64,000 nt of DNA from Escherichia coli (lineage in GTDB: Bacteria > Pseudomonadota > Gammaproteobacteria > Enterobacterales > Enterobacteriaceae). Position numbers and translations under genes: made by a program. The stretch is from assembly GCF_003334305.1 (NCBI RefSeq), contig NZ_QOWS01000003.1; one strand, written 5' to 3'. How positions within the stretch are numbered: position 1 is the first letter of the stretch; the number at the start of each line of letters is the position of its first letter. The notes beneath the pieces were generated by a model, which was not told the origin of the DNA, did not search any database, and saw nothing but the letters and a program-made list of their open reading frames with translations. This document shows positions 46,788-62,946 of the stretch, one piece after another.

Positions 46788-47111
46788 GGTGTTTCCTTCT
46801 TATGATATGCAGGTGATCCGACCACTTGGGTCTGAGTTTTAATCATATGTGCTATTTATCGAATTTCCCGCAAGTGTGATGCCAGTTTGCGGTCAAGCGC
46901 ACAAATCATATGAAAAATGAATGCTTATACTGAAGACCGCGCTTCGGTAAAAAGATAATTCTGAATAATTGTAACCTTTAGGTAAAAAAAGTTATACGCG
47001 GTGGAAACATTGCCCGGATAGTCTATAGTCACTAAGCATTAAAATTTGCGCCTCATAATAGTTGGGCCGATTGTGGCACCGCACAGGCGTAATACTCAGC
47101 AGGAGATAACA

Positions 47112-47318
47112 ATGAAAATTTTCCAACGGTACAACCCACTTCAGGTGGCGAAGTACGTAAAGATCCTGTTCCGTGGACGGTTATACATCAAGGACGTTGG
47201 CGCTTTTGAATTTGATAAGGGTAAGATTCTTATCCCAAAAGTGAAGGATAAGCTGCATTTGTCAGTGATGTCCGAAGTTAACCGTCAGGTTATGCGTCTG
47301 CAAACAGAGATGGCTTAA
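47112..47318 (+). CDS. ytfK: DUF1107 small protein YtfK
   Basis: ATG at 47112 after aggagataac RBS; 68 aa. Confidence 0.85.
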
Positions 47319-47379
47319 CCAAAGTGCTATGCAGTAATAAGACGGCTCCTGATTCAGGAGCCGTTGATGTTTCTGGGGG

Positions 47380-48723
47380 TTACGCGACGCTTTCTTCTTT
47401 ATCTTTAGCGTCAGGCAGTTTTGGCGAAAGGGCGGTGGCCTTGCTGTCGATCCGGGTCACCAGCAGCTGGTCGATGCGGTAGTTATCGATATCCACCACT
47501 TCAAATTTGTAGCCGGCGAATTTCACCGAATCGGTGCGTTTCGGGATCTTACGCAGCATAAACATCATAAAGCCGCCGATGGTTTCGTAGTTGCCCGACT
47601 GCGGGAATTCGTCAATATCCAGCACGCGCATGACGTCGTCAATTGGGGTGCCGCCGTCAATCAGCCATGAGTTCTCATCACGGGCGACAATCTGCTCTTC
47701 CAGCCCCTGACCGACCAGATCGCCCATCAGCGTGGTCATCACGTCGTTGAGGGTGATGATCCCCACCACCAGCGCGTACTCGTTCATGATCACCGCGAAG
47801 TCTTCACCTGCGGTTTTAAAACTTTCCAACGCCTCTGAAAGGGTTAACGTATCCGGCACAATCAGCGTGTTGCGAATTTGTACGCCGCTGTTCAGTGCCA
47901 GGCTTTGGTTAGCCAGCACGCGGTTCAGCAGGTCTTTAGAATCGACATATCCGATGATGTGGTCAATATCTTCATTACAGACGAGAAACTTAGAGTGCGG
48001 ATGTTCCGCCACCTTATTCTTCAGGCTTTGCTCATCTTCGTGGAGATCAAACCAAATCACGTTTTCACGCGGTGTCATTGAAGACGGAACGGTACGGGAT
48101 TCCAGCTCAAAGACGTTTTCAATCAGCTCGTGTTCCTGTTTACGTAACACGCCCGCCAGCGCACCGGCTTCCACTACCGCGTAGATGTCATCAGAAGTGA
48201 TGTCATCTTTACGTACCATTGGCAGTTTGAAAATACGGAAGATCATGTTCGCCAGGCCGTTGAAGAACCACACCAGCGGGGTGCATACGTACAGGCAGAA
48301 GCGCATCGGGTTGATGATACGCAAAGCTACCGCTTCTGGCGCAATCATACCGATGCGTTTCGGGGTTAAATCCGCAAACAGGATAAACATGCCAGTCACT
48401 AACGAGAAAGAGAGAATAAAGCTCAGTTGCTCAGAGAGTTCTGCCGACATATAGCGGGAGAACAGGCTGTGAAAAGCTGGAGAAAATGCCGCATCACCGA
48501 CGATACCGCCGAGAATCGCCACTGCGTTCAGACCGATTTGGACCACGGTAAAGAACATGCCGGGATTTTCCTGCATATTCAGAACGCGTTGGGCATTTAT
48601 ATTGCCTTCATCAGCCAGCAGTTTAAGTTTGATTTTGCGTGAGGCGGCAAGTGAGATCTCAGACATCGAGAAGAACGCACTTACAGCGATCAAGCAGAGT
48701 ATGACTAAAATACTGTTTAACAT
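47380..48723 (-). CDS. ytfL: inner-membrane protein YtfL (DUF21-CBS-CorC family)
   Basis: 447-aa ORF with N-terminal membrane domain and CBS pair. Confidence 0.9.
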   Translation of the reverse strand: MLNSILVILCLIAVSAFFSMSEISLAASRKIKLKLLADEGNINAQRVLNMQENPGMFFTVVQIGLNAVAILGGIVGDAAFSPAFHSLFSRYMSAELSEQLSFILSFSLVTGMFILFADLTPKRIGMIAPEAVALRIINPMRFCLYVCTPLVWFFNGLANMIFRIFKLPMVRKDDITSDDIYAVVEAGALAGVLRKQEHELIENVFELESRTVPSSMTPRENVIWFDLHEDEQSLKNKVAEHPHSKFLVCNEDIDHIIGYVDSKDLLNRVLANQSLALNSGVQIRNTLIVPDTLTLSEALESFKTAGEDFAVIMNEYALVVGIITLNDVMTTLMGDLVGQGLEEQIVARDENSWLIDGGTPIDDVMRVLDIDEFPQSGNYETIGGFMMFMLRKIPKRTDSVKFAGYKFEVVDIDNYRIDQLLVTRIDSKATALSPKLPDAKDKEESVA

Positions 48724-48898
48724 ATCTTATCCGACCTTTCAGGCCAGATCCTCGGAAGGGGAAGTTGATTAATTTGTGTGAAATACACATTGAAAGCCGA
48801 TTCGAAGAAAGTGAACCGGCATTTTCAGTGGCTAGTATAGCGTAAGGTACTGTAAAGTCGCCAGAGGGTTAAAATTCAGACTGCTGATAAATGCAATA

Positions 48899-48998
48899 CT
48901 GCCTGATGCGCTATGCCGATCAGGCCTACGCAGTCCCTGCAATATATTGAATTTGGACGATTTTGTAGGCCTGGTAAGGCATTCACGCCGCATCTGGC
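48899..48998. repeat. REP element pair
   Basis: gcctgatgcgctatgccgatcaggcctacg ... tgtaggcctggtaaggcattcacgccgcatc. Confidence 0.5.
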
Positions 48999-49045
48999 AT
49001 AAACAAAACGCACTTTATCAACAATCTACATTTGTACCCGTAACG

Positions 49046-49675
49046 CTATGCTTCCGGTGGCAGACAGACGCCAATTCCACAGTAACCATACGGGTTTTTA
49101 TGCAGATATTGCTGGTGGTCATCTTCGGCATAATAAAACGGTGTGGCGTTAGCGATTTCCGTGGTGATGTGACGATCGTCATCGGCGGCAAGCATCGCCG
49201 CCTGAAAACGTTCCAGACTGGCGCGAGCTGCGGCATCCTGTTCTGGGGTCAGCGGATAAATCGCTGAACGATACTGCGTGCCGTGGTCATTGCCCTGACG
49301 CATTCCCTGGGCGGGATCGTGATTCTCCCAAAATACCTGTAGCAACTGCTCATAGCTGATGACGGAAGGATCGTAAACAATGCGTACCGCTTCGGCATGA
49401 CCCGTATCACCGGAGCACACTTCCCGATAAGTCGGATTTGGCGTATAGCCTCCGGTATAGCCTGCGGCGGTGCTGTAAACGCCGGGTAACTGCCAGAACA
49501 GACGCTCCACACCCCAGAAACAACCCATCGCAAAAATGGCAATCTCCATTCCGTCAGGTACATTGGTCATTGAGTGACCGTTGACCGCATGCAGCGTGGC
49601 TACGGGCATCGGGGTGTTACGTCCAGGCAGGGCATCGGCGGGGGAAACCAGATGCTTTTTATCAAATAAACTCAT
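49046..49675 (-). CDS. msrA: peptide methionine-S-sulfoxide reductase
   Basis: start taken at [14 protein letters not shown] active-site motif. Confidence 0.93.
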   Translation of the reverse strand: MSLFDKKHLVSPADALPGRNTPMPVATLHAVNGHSMTNVPDGMEIAIFAMGCFWGVERLFWQLPGVYSTAAGYTGGYTPNPTYREVCSGDTGHAEAVRIVYDPSVISYEQLLQVFWENHDPAQGMRQGNDHGTQYRSAIYPLTPEQDAAARASLERFQAAMLAADDDRHITTEIANATPFYYAEDDHQQYLHKNPYGYCGIGVCLPPEA

Positions 49676-49838
49676 GGTGTCGCTCTCCCGAAAATCGGTC
49701 ATTGGGGTTAAGGTTGTAACAAGAGGCGTATTTGCACACAATAACCACCGTGAATAGGTCTAAAGTAAAACATAAGAAATATTTGGGGTTTAGTCTGCTT
49801 TTTAATCCATATTACTGGATTTTTGTTAAGCCGTTTAA

Positions 49839-55390
<5,552 letters not shown>

Positions 55391-55392
55391 CA

Positions 55393-55734
55393 ATGCGAAT
55401 ATTTGTCTACGGCAGTTTACGCCACAAACAAGGCAACAGTCACTGGATGACCAATGCCCAGTTACTGGGCGATTTCAGTATCGATAACTACCAGTTGTAT
55501 AGCCTGGGCCACTATCCAGGCGCAGTTCCGGGGAACGGAACAGTACACGGTGAAGTTTATCGTATTGACAACGCCACGCTGGCCGAACTTGATGCCTTGC
55601 GCACCAGGGGCGGTGAATACGCGCGCCAGTTGATTCAGACGCCGTACGGGAGTGCATGGATGTACGTTTATCAACGACCCGTCGATGGATTAAAGCTAAT
55701 TGAAAGCGGCGACTGGTTAGACAGGGATAAGTAA
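55393..55734 (+). CDS. ytfP: gamma-glutamylcyclotransferase-fold protein YtfP
   Basis: 113-aa ORF beginning YGSLR. Confidence 0.88.
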   Translation: MRIFVYGSLRHKQGNSHWMTNAQLLGDFSIDNYQLYSLGHYPGAVPGNGTVHGEVYRIDNATLAELDALRTRGGEYARQLIQTPYGSAWMYVYQRPVDGLKLIESGDWLDRDK

Positions 55735-55745
55735 TAATAAAAGCA

Positions 55746-55770
55746 CGCCACCTTCGGGTGGCGTTGTTTT
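55746..55770 (+). terminator. Rho-independent terminator after ytfP
   Basis: cgccacc ttcg ggtggcg hairpin followed by ttgtttt. Confidence 0.6.
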
Positions 55771-56113
55771 ATGCGATGTATCTCGCGATTTTTTTTTGTA
55801 ACTTTTCCATCTTTTGCTTTTCTCTCCGAGCCGCTTTCCATATCTGCAATCGCATAAAAAACTCTGCTGGCGTTCACAAATGTGCAGGGGTAAAACGGGG
55901 GCACGCTTTGAACGGTGAGTATGAGTGAGGTCGGCTAACTTCCAGCAAGTGGCTATGAACAGCAAAATGGTGGTCGGGTTTGCTTGTTCTTACCGTTCAA
56001 GCCTTGCAACCGCTGAGAATAATGATGGTGGAATAGAGAGTTTATTTATCGCGGGCATAAAAAAACCCTTACTAACCGAAGCCCGGCGTTCAGGGTTATT
56101 GCGCTAGAAGAAC

Positions 56114-56644
56114 TTATTTATTCTTTGCGCGCTCGAAGGAAGCAACGATTTCAGCTTTAGCGGCTTCTGCGTTTTCCCAACCTTCAACTTTCACCCACTT
56201 GCCTTTTTCGAGGTCTTTGTAGTGCTCGAAGAAGTGAGCGATCTGCGCTTTCAGCAGCTCTGGCAGATCGTTAACGTCTTTAATGTGATCGTATTCTTTG
56301 CTCAGCTTTGTGTGCGGAACAGCAATCAGTTTCGCATCTTCACCGGCTTCGTCGGTCATTTTCAGAACGCCAACCGGACGGCAACGGATCACAGAACCCG
56401 GCTGCAGCGGGTACGGAGTCGGGACCAGTACGTCAACCGGGTCACCGTCCAGAGACAGGGTGTGGTTGATGTAACCGTAGTTGCACGGATAGAACATCGC
56501 GGTGGACATGAAGCGGTCAACGAACAGTGCGCCGCTCTCTTTGTCGATTTCGTATTTGATCGGATCTGCGTTAGCCGGGATCTCAATAACAACGTAGATG
56601 TCTTCCGGCAGATCTTTACCCGCAGGGACGTTGAGTAAGCTCAT
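56114..56644 (-). CDS. ppa: inorganic pyrophosphatase
   Basis: 176-aa ORF. Confidence 0.97.
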   Translation of the reverse strand: MSLLNVPAGKDLPEDIYVVIEIPANADPIKYEIDKESGALFVDRFMSTAMFYPCNYGYINHTLSLDGDPVDVLVPTPYPLQPGSVIRCRPVGVLKMTDEAGEDAKLIAVPHTKLSKEYDHIKDVNDLPELLKAQIAHFFEHYKDLEKGKWVKVEGWENAEAAKAEIVASFERAKNK

Positions 56645-56953
56645 GTCTGTTTCCTTTAAAAATATGTGGCAAACAAGTGCCGAGTATTATAGCCAACTCG
56701 CGCCGAATGTCTTTGCTTGTTTTCGTCTTCATTTTCCTTTTTCGCCAGTTTTAAGACGGTATACAGAGCAGGAAAATCCATAACCGTAGCCGCATTTTTC
56801 ATAGTGAGATGAAAGCGATTACAAACTTGTGATTAACGTTTTATTTACTTTTTTGAAGTGTGATGTAACGCAATCCGTTACATAACGAATTGTCTATAGT
56901 TTTTTCGCGAACATCTTTTCACCAATAATAATTACCCCGACGAGGACAACCCT

Positions 56954-57910
56954 ATGTGGAAACGCTTACTTGTAGTCTCTGCAGTCTCGGCAGCCATGTC
57001 GTCTATGGCGTTGGCCGCTCCATTAACCGTAGGATTTTCGCAGGTCGGATCGGAATCCGGCTGGCGCGCTGCAGAAACCAATGTAGCGAAAAGTGAGGCC
57101 GAAAAACGCGGAATTACGTTGAAAATTGCTGATGGTCAGCAAAAGCAGGAAAACCAGATTAAAGCGGTACGTTCCTTCGTTGCACAAGGGGTGGATGCGA
57201 TCTTTATCGCTCCGGTGGTCGCGACAGGTTGGGAACCGGTATTAAAAGAGGCGAAAGATGCCGAAATCCCGGTCTTCTTGCTCGACCGTTCCATCGATGT
57301 GAAAGACAAATCTCTCTATATGACCACCGTTACTGCCGACAACATCCTCGAAGGTAAGTTGATCGGTGACTGGCTGGTAAAAGAAGTGAATGGCAAACCA
57401 TGCAACGTGGTGGAGCTGCAGGGCACCGTTGGGGCCAGCGTCGCCATTGACCGTAAGAAAGGCTTTGCCGAAGCCATTAAGAATGCGCCAAATATCAAAA
57501 TCATCCGCTCGCAGTCAGGTGACTTCACCCGCAGTAAAGGCAAAGAAGTTATGGAGAGCTTTATCAAAGCGGAAAACAACGGCAAAAACATCTGCATGGT
57601 TTACGCCCATAACGATGACATGGTGATTGGCGCAATTCAGGCAATTAAAGAAGCGGGCCTGAAACCGGGCAAAGATATCCTCACGGGTTCCATTGACGGT
57701 GTACCCGATATCTACAAAGCGATGATTGATGGCGAAGCGAACGCCAGTGTTGAACTGACGCCGAATATGGCAGGTCCCGCCTTCGACGCGCTGGAGAAAT
57801 ACAAAAAAGACGGCACCATGCCTGAAAAGCTGACGCTGACCAAATCCACCCTTTATCTGCCTGATACCGCAAAAGAAGAGTTAGAGAAGAAGAAAAATAT
57901 GGGGTATTGA
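56954..57910 (+). CDS. ytfQ: galactofuranose ABC-transporter periplasmic binding protein
   Basis: 318-aa ORF with signal peptide and sugar-binding-protein fold. Confidence 0.93.
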   Translation: MWKRLLVVSAVSAAMSSMALAAPLTVGFSQVGSESGWRAAETNVAKSEAEKRGITLKIADGQQKQENQIKAVRSFVAQGVDAIFIAPVVATGWEPVLKEAKDAEIPVFLLDRSIDVKDKSLYMTTVTADNILEGKLIGDWLVKEVNGKPCNVVELQGTVGASVAIDRKKGFAEAIKNAPNIKIIRSQSGDFTRSKGKEVMESFIKAENNGKNICMVYAHNDDMVIGAIQAIKEAGLKPGKDILTGSIDGVPDIYKAMIDGEANASVELTPNMAGPAFDALEKYKKDGTMPEKLTLTKSTLYLPDTAKEELEKKKNMGY

Positions 57911-57919
57911 GGGTTGCTA

Positions 57920-58075
57920 TGCCTGATGCCGATTCGTAGGCCGGATAAGGCGCTCGCGCCGCATCCGGCGGTGGTGCGCTGAAGCCTGATGCGACGCTTA
58001 CCGCGTCTTATCATGCCTACGAGTTCGGTGCTCTGTGTAGGCCGGATAAGGCGTTCACGCCGCATCCGGCAGTGG
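57920..58075. repeat. BIME (cluster of REP elements)
   Basis: three or more copies/inversions of gccggataaggcg(c/t)t(c)(g/a)cgccgcatccggc between ytfQ and ytfR. Confidence 0.6.
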
Positions 58076-58107
58076 TGCAACACCGGACTTAACACCGTGC
58101 ACAATCT

Positions 58108-58149
58108 GTCCCCTCGCCCCTTCGGGGAGAGGGTTAGGGTGAGGGGGAC
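58108..58149. repeat. GC-rich nested palindromic element
   Basis: gtcccctcgccccttcggggagagggttagggtgagggggac; ends are inverted repeats and the centre is ccc-ttcg-ggg. Confidence 0.4.
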
Positions 58150-58219
58150 AAACGGCGCAGCTCTTAACATCAGGCACGATCTATTCCCAGACTTTTAGAG
58201 CGTGGCTAAGGGGGAAACC

Positions 58220-59722
58220 ATGACGACCGACCAACACCAGGAAATCCTCCGCACCGAAGGATTAAGTAAATTTTTCCCCGGCGTCAAAGCGTTAGACAAC
58301 GTTGATTTCAGCCTGCGCCGTGGCGAAATCATGGCGCTGCTCGGTGAAAACGGGGCGGGAAAATCGACGCTAATCAAAGCATTAACCGGTGTATACCACG
58401 CCGATCGCGGCACCATCTGGCTGGAAGGCCAGGCTATCTCACCGAAAAATACCGCCCATGCACAACAACTCGGCATCGGAACCGTTTATCAGGAAGTCAA
58501 CCTGCTACCCAATATGTCGGTCGCTGATAATCTATTCATAGGTCGCGAACCCAAACGTTTCGGCTTTCTACGCCGCAAAGAGATGGAAAAGCGTGCCACC
58601 GAACTGATGACATCTTACGGTTTCTCCCTCGACGTGCGTGAACCGCTTAACCGTTTTTCGGTGGCGATGCAGCAAATCGTCGCCATTTGCCGGGCTATCG
58701 ATCTCTCCGCCAAAGTGCTGATCCTCGATGAACCCACCGCCAGCCTCGACACCCAGGAAGTGGAGCTATTATTTGTCCTGATGCGTCAGTTGCGCGATCG
58801 CGGCGTCAGCCTGATCTTTGTCACTCACTTTCTCGATCAGGTCTATCAGGTCAGCGATCGGATCACTGTCTTACGCAACGGCAGTTTCGTAGGCTGTCGG
58901 GAAACGCGCGAGCTACCGCAGATCGAACTGGTAAAAATGATGCTGGGGCGCGAGCTGGATACCCACGCGCTACAGCGTGCCGGGCGAACATTGTTGAGCG
59001 ACAAACCCGTTGCCGCGTTCAAAAATTACGGCAAAAAAGGAACGATAGCACCGTTTGATCTCGAAGTTCGCCCCGGCGAGATCGTCGGTCTGGCTGGCTT
59101 GCTGGGATCCGGACGTACCGAAACCGCCGAAGTGATCTTCGGTATCAAACCTGCTGACAGCGGCACGGCGTTGATCAAAGGCAAACAGCAAAACCTGCGA
59201 TCGCCACATCAGGCTTCGGTACTGGGTATCGGCTTCTGCCCGGAAGACAGGAAAACCGATGGCATCATCGCCGCCGCCTCGGTACGGGAAAATATCATCC
59301 TCGCTCTCCAGGCCCAGCGCGGCTGGCTACGACCCATTTCCCGCAAAGAGCAGCAAGAGATTGCCGAACGCTTTATCCGCCAGCTTGGCATTCGCACACC
59401 TTCAACTGAACAACCGATTGAATTTCTCTCTGGCGGCAATCAGCAAAAAGTGTTGCTTTCACGTTGGCTACTGACCCGACCGCAATTTCTGATCCTCGAT
59501 GAGCCAACCCGCGGCATTGATGTTGGTGCCCACGCCGAGATCATCCGCCTGATTGAAACGCTATGCGCCGATGGTCTGGCGCTGCTGGTGATCTCCTCCG
59601 AACTGGAAGAGCTGGTGGGCTATGCCGATCGGGTGATCATCATGCGCGATCGCAAACAGGTGGCGGAGATCCCGCTGGCAGAGCTTTCCGTTCCGGCGAT
59701 CATGAACGCCATTGCGGCGTAA
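58220..59722 (+). CDS. ytfR: galactofuranose ABC-transporter ATP-binding protein (duplicated ABC domains)
   Basis: ATG at 58220 gives 500 aa; two Walker A motifs (GENGAGKST, GLLGSGRTE). Confidence 0.93.
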   Translation: MTTDQHQEILRTEGLSKFFPGVKALDNVDFSLRRGEIMALLGENGAGKSTLIKALTGVYHADRGTIWLEGQAISPKNTAHAQQLGIGTVYQEVNLLPNMSVADNLFIGREPKRFGFLRRKEMEKRATELMTSYGFSLDVREPLNRFSVAMQQIVAICRAIDLSAKVLILDEPTASLDTQEVELLFVLMRQLRDRGVSLIFVTHFLDQVYQVSDRITVLRNGSFVGCRETRELPQIELVKMMLGRELDTHALQRAGRTLLSDKPVAAFKNYGKKGTIAPFDLEVRPGEIVGLAGLLGSGRTETAEVIFGIKPADSGTALIKGKQQNLRSPHQASVLGIGFCPEDRKTDGIIAAASVRENIILALQAQRGWLRPISRKEQQEIAERFIRQLGIRTPSTEQPIEFLSGGNQQKVLLSRWLLTRPQFLILDEPTRGIDVGAHAEIIRLIETLCADGLALLVISSELEELVGYADRVIIMRDRKQVAEIPLAELSVPAIMNAIAA

Positions 59723-59732
59723 GGAGAATAGT

Positions 59733-60758
59733 GTGATGCCTCAATCTCTCCCGGACACTACGCCGCCGAAAAGGCGCTTTCGCTGGCCAACGGGAATGCC
59801 GCAGCTGGCGGCGCTATTGCTGGTGCTGCTGGTCGATAGCCTGGTAGCCCCGCATTTCTGGCAGGTGGTGCTTCAGGATGGGCGTTTGTTCGGTAGCCCT
59901 ATCGACATTCTTAACCGTGCAGCTCCCGTTGCGTTACTGGCGATTGGTATGACGCTGGTGATCGCCACCGGTGGGATTGATCTCTCCGTAGGGGCGGTGA
60001 TGGCTATCGCCGGAGCCACAACGGCTGCGATGACGGTCGCGGGATTCAGCCTGCCGATTGTTTTGTTAAGCGCCCTGGGCACCGGCATCCTGGCGGGATT
60101 GTGGAACGGCATACTGGTAGCGATCCTCAAAATTCAGCCGTTTGTCGCCACCCTGATCCTGATGGTCGCCGGGCGCGGCGTGGCGCAACTGATCACCGCC
60201 GGGCAGATCGTCACGTTTAACTCGCCGGATCTCTCATGGTTTGGCAGCGGATCGCTGTTGTTCCTGCCAACGCCGGTCATTATCGCGGTGCTGACGCTTC
60301 TCCTGTTCTGGCTGTTGACCCGCAAAACGGCGCTGGGGATGTTTATCGAAGCCGTTGGTATCAACATTCGGGCGGCAAAAAATGCCGGGGTAAACACGCG
60401 GATCATCGTCATGCTCACCTACGTGTTGAGCGGGCTGTGTGCGGCGATTGCGGGCATTATCGTGGCGGCGGATATTCGCGGTGCCGATGCCAATAACGCC
60501 GGGTTATGGCTGGAGCTGGACGCCATTCTTGCGGTGGTGATTGGCGGCGGATCGCTGATGGGCGGGCGCTTTAACCTGCTGCTCTCAGTCGTGGGGGCGC
60601 TGATTATTCAGGGGATGAACACCGGAATTTTACTTTCTGGCTTTCCGCCGGAGATGAACCAGGTCGTAAAAGCGGTGGTGGTGCTTTGTGTGCTGATTGT
60701 TCAGTCGCAACGCTTTATCAGTCTGATTAAAGGAGTACGTAGCCATGATAAAACGTAA
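59733..60758 (+). CDS. ytfT: ABC-transporter permease YtfT
   Basis: GTG at 59733 gives 341 aa; polytopic. Confidence 0.88.
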   Translation: MMPQSLPDTTPPKRRFRWPTGMPQLAALLLVLLVDSLVAPHFWQVVLQDGRLFGSPIDILNRAAPVALLAIGMTLVIATGGIDLSVGAVMAIAGATTAAMTVAGFSLPIVLLSALGTGILAGLWNGILVAILKIQPFVATLILMVAGRGVAQLITAGQIVTFNSPDLSWFGSGSLLFLPTPVIIAVLTLLLFWLLTRKTALGMFIEAVGINIRAAKNAGVNTRIIVMLTYVLSGLCAAIAGIIVAADIRGADANNAGLWLELDAILAVVIGGGSLMGGRFNLLLSVVGALIIQGMNTGILLSGFPPEMNQVVKAVVVLCVLIVQSQRFISLIKGVRSHDKT

Positions 60759-61740
60759 CTTGCCGCTGATGATCACCATCGGCGTCTTTGTGCTGGGCTA
60801 TCTCTACTGCCTGACCCAGTTTCCCGGTTTTGCTTCCACAAGAGTGATCTGCAATATCCTGACCGATAACGCCTTTCTTGGGATAATCGCCGTTGGCATG
60901 ACCTTTGTGATCCTCTCTGGCGGTATCGATCTCTCCGTCGGTTCGGTGATCGCCTTTACTGGCGTGTTTCTGGCAAAAGTGATTGGCGATTTCGGCCTCT
61001 CGCCGCTGCTGGCGTTTCCGCTAGTGCTGGTGATGGGCTGTGCCTTTGGCGCATTTATGGGGCTTTTGATCGACGCCCTGAAGATCCCGGCATTTATCAT
61101 TACCCTGGCAGGAATGTTCTTTTTGCGCGGCGTCAGCTATCTCGTTTCAGAAGAGTCGATCCCGATAAACCATCCCATTTATGACACGCTCTCAAGCCTT
61201 GCGTGGAAAATCCCTGGCGGCGGTCGCTTAAGTGCGATGGGACTGCTGATGCTGGCGGTGGTGGTTATCGGCATATTCCTCGCGCATCGTACCCGTTTTG
61301 GTAATCAGGTATACGCCATTGGCGGCAACGCAACGTCGGCAAACCTGATGGGGATTTCTACCCGCAGCACCACTATTCGCATTTATATGCTCTCCACCGG
61401 ACTGGCAACGCTGGCGGGGATTGTCTTCTCGATTTATACCCAGGCCGGATATGCGCTGGCGGGCGTAGGTGTGGAACTGGATGCTATCGCCTCAGTGGTA
61501 ATTGGCGGTACGCTTTTGAGCGGTGGCGTTGGAACGGTATTAGGGACGCTTTTTGGCGTGGCGATTCAGGGGCTAATTCAGACTTATATCAACTTTGACG
61601 GTACGCTGAGTTCCTGGTGGACGAAAATCGCCATCGGCATTTTGCTGTTCATTTTTATTGCCTTACAGCGTGGATTAACGGTGCTGTGGGAGAATCGTCA
61701 GAGTTCGCCAGTGACAAGAGTCAACATTGCGCAGCGATAA
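60745..61740 (+). CDS. yjfF: ABC-transporter permease YjfF
   Basis: 331-aa polytopic ORF overlapping the ytfT 3' end. Confidence 0.9.
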   Translation: MIKRNLPLMITIGVFVLGYLYCLTQFPGFASTRVICNILTDNAFLGIIAVGMTFVILSGGIDLSVGSVIAFTGVFLAKVIGDFGLSPLLAFPLVLVMGCAFGAFMGLLIDALKIPAFIITLAGMFFLRGVSYLVSEESIPINHPIYDTLSSLAWKIPGGGRLSAMGLLMLAVVVIGIFLAHRTRFGNQVYAIGGNATSANLMGISTRSTTIRIYMLSTGLATLAGIVFSIYTQAGYALAGVGVELDAIASVVIGGTLLSGGVGTVLGTLFGVAIQGLIQTYINFDGTLSSWWTKIAIGILLFIFIALQRGLTVLWENRQSSPVTRVNIAQR

Positions 61741-61772
61741 AAACGCCTCTCCGTGTGGAGAGGCGCAGGAGA

Positions 61773-62771
61773 TTACGCGTCCGGGAACTCACGGATAAAG
61801 CGTTCGACATCTTCAACCATATGGTCGTTGCCGACAAAGAATGAACGGCGCTGGTGCAGGGTTTCCGGGATGATATCCAGAATACGCTCTTTGCCATCGC
61901 TCGCTTTACCGCCCGCTTGTTCCGCCAGGAATGCCATCGGGTTGCACTCATACAGTAAACGCAGTTTACCGTCCGGGTGGCTGGCGGTGCTTGGGTAGAG
62001 ATAAATACCGCCTTTCAGCAGGTTACGGTGGAAATCCGCAACCAGTGAACCGATATAACGTGAGGTATACGGGCGGTTGGTGGATTTATCTTCTTCCTGG
62101 CAGAATTTAATGTACTTCTTCACCCCGTTCGGAAACTTAATGTAGTTTCCTTCGTTGATGGAGTAGGTTTTGCCTTTCTCCGGGAAGCGCATCCGTTCCT
62201 GGCACAGGCAGAAAACGCCCAGCGAAGGATCGTAAGTAAAGGCGTGAACACCGCATCCGGTGGTGTAAACCAGCATAGTAGAGGAGCCGTATACCACGTA
62301 ACCTGCCGCAACCTGTTTGTTACCAGGCTGGAGGAAATCTTCTTCCGTTACCGGCGTGCCAACAGGCGTAACGCGGCGGTAGATGGAGAAAATGGTACCG
62401 ACAGAGACGTTAACATCGATGTTGGACGAGCCATCCAGGGGGTCCATCAGCACCACGTATTTTGCGTGTTCACAGCCTTCAAAGACGACAATCTCATCTT
62501 CTTCTTCAGAGGCAATGCCCGCAACGATATCGCGTGCTTTCAGTGCGGCTTTCAGTTTTTCATTAGCGAACAAGTCGAGTTTCTGCTGAACCTCGCCCTG
62601 CACGTTCTCAGCACCGCTGGCACCCAAGATATCAACCAGTCCTGCTTTGTTGATATCGCGATGGATAATCTTGGCGCCCAGTTTTATTGCCGACAGCAAA
62701 GCAGTGAGCTCACCGGTAGCATGAGAAAACTCGTGCTGCTTTTCGACAATAAATTCACCTAACGTTTTCAT
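61773..62771 (-). CDS. fbp: fructose-1,6-bisphosphatase class 1
   Basis: start at [12 protein letters not shown] (332 aa); ORF track extends to 62954. Confidence 0.95.
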
Positions 62772-62946
62772 AAAACTTTCCCTGCAATGTTTATGGAGTA
62801 AAGCGACCGCAACAATCTTAACAAATAATCTCAATGTTGCGCTCAGGTGAATCGCGCCAGCAAATTGCGGATTATCCTGAAATGCGTTTCTCACTTGCCC
62901 GACATATGCGTAAAATGAGCGGCAGATTAAAAAAGGATAGTGACGT

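Noticed and set aside
48947-49267. 106-aa plus-strand ORF
   Set aside because: Begins in a REP element and runs antisense into msrA.
57853-58170. 105-aa minus-strand ORF
   Set aside because: Spans the REP/BIME cluster and the GC-rich palindrome; this is a translation of repeat sequence, not a gene.
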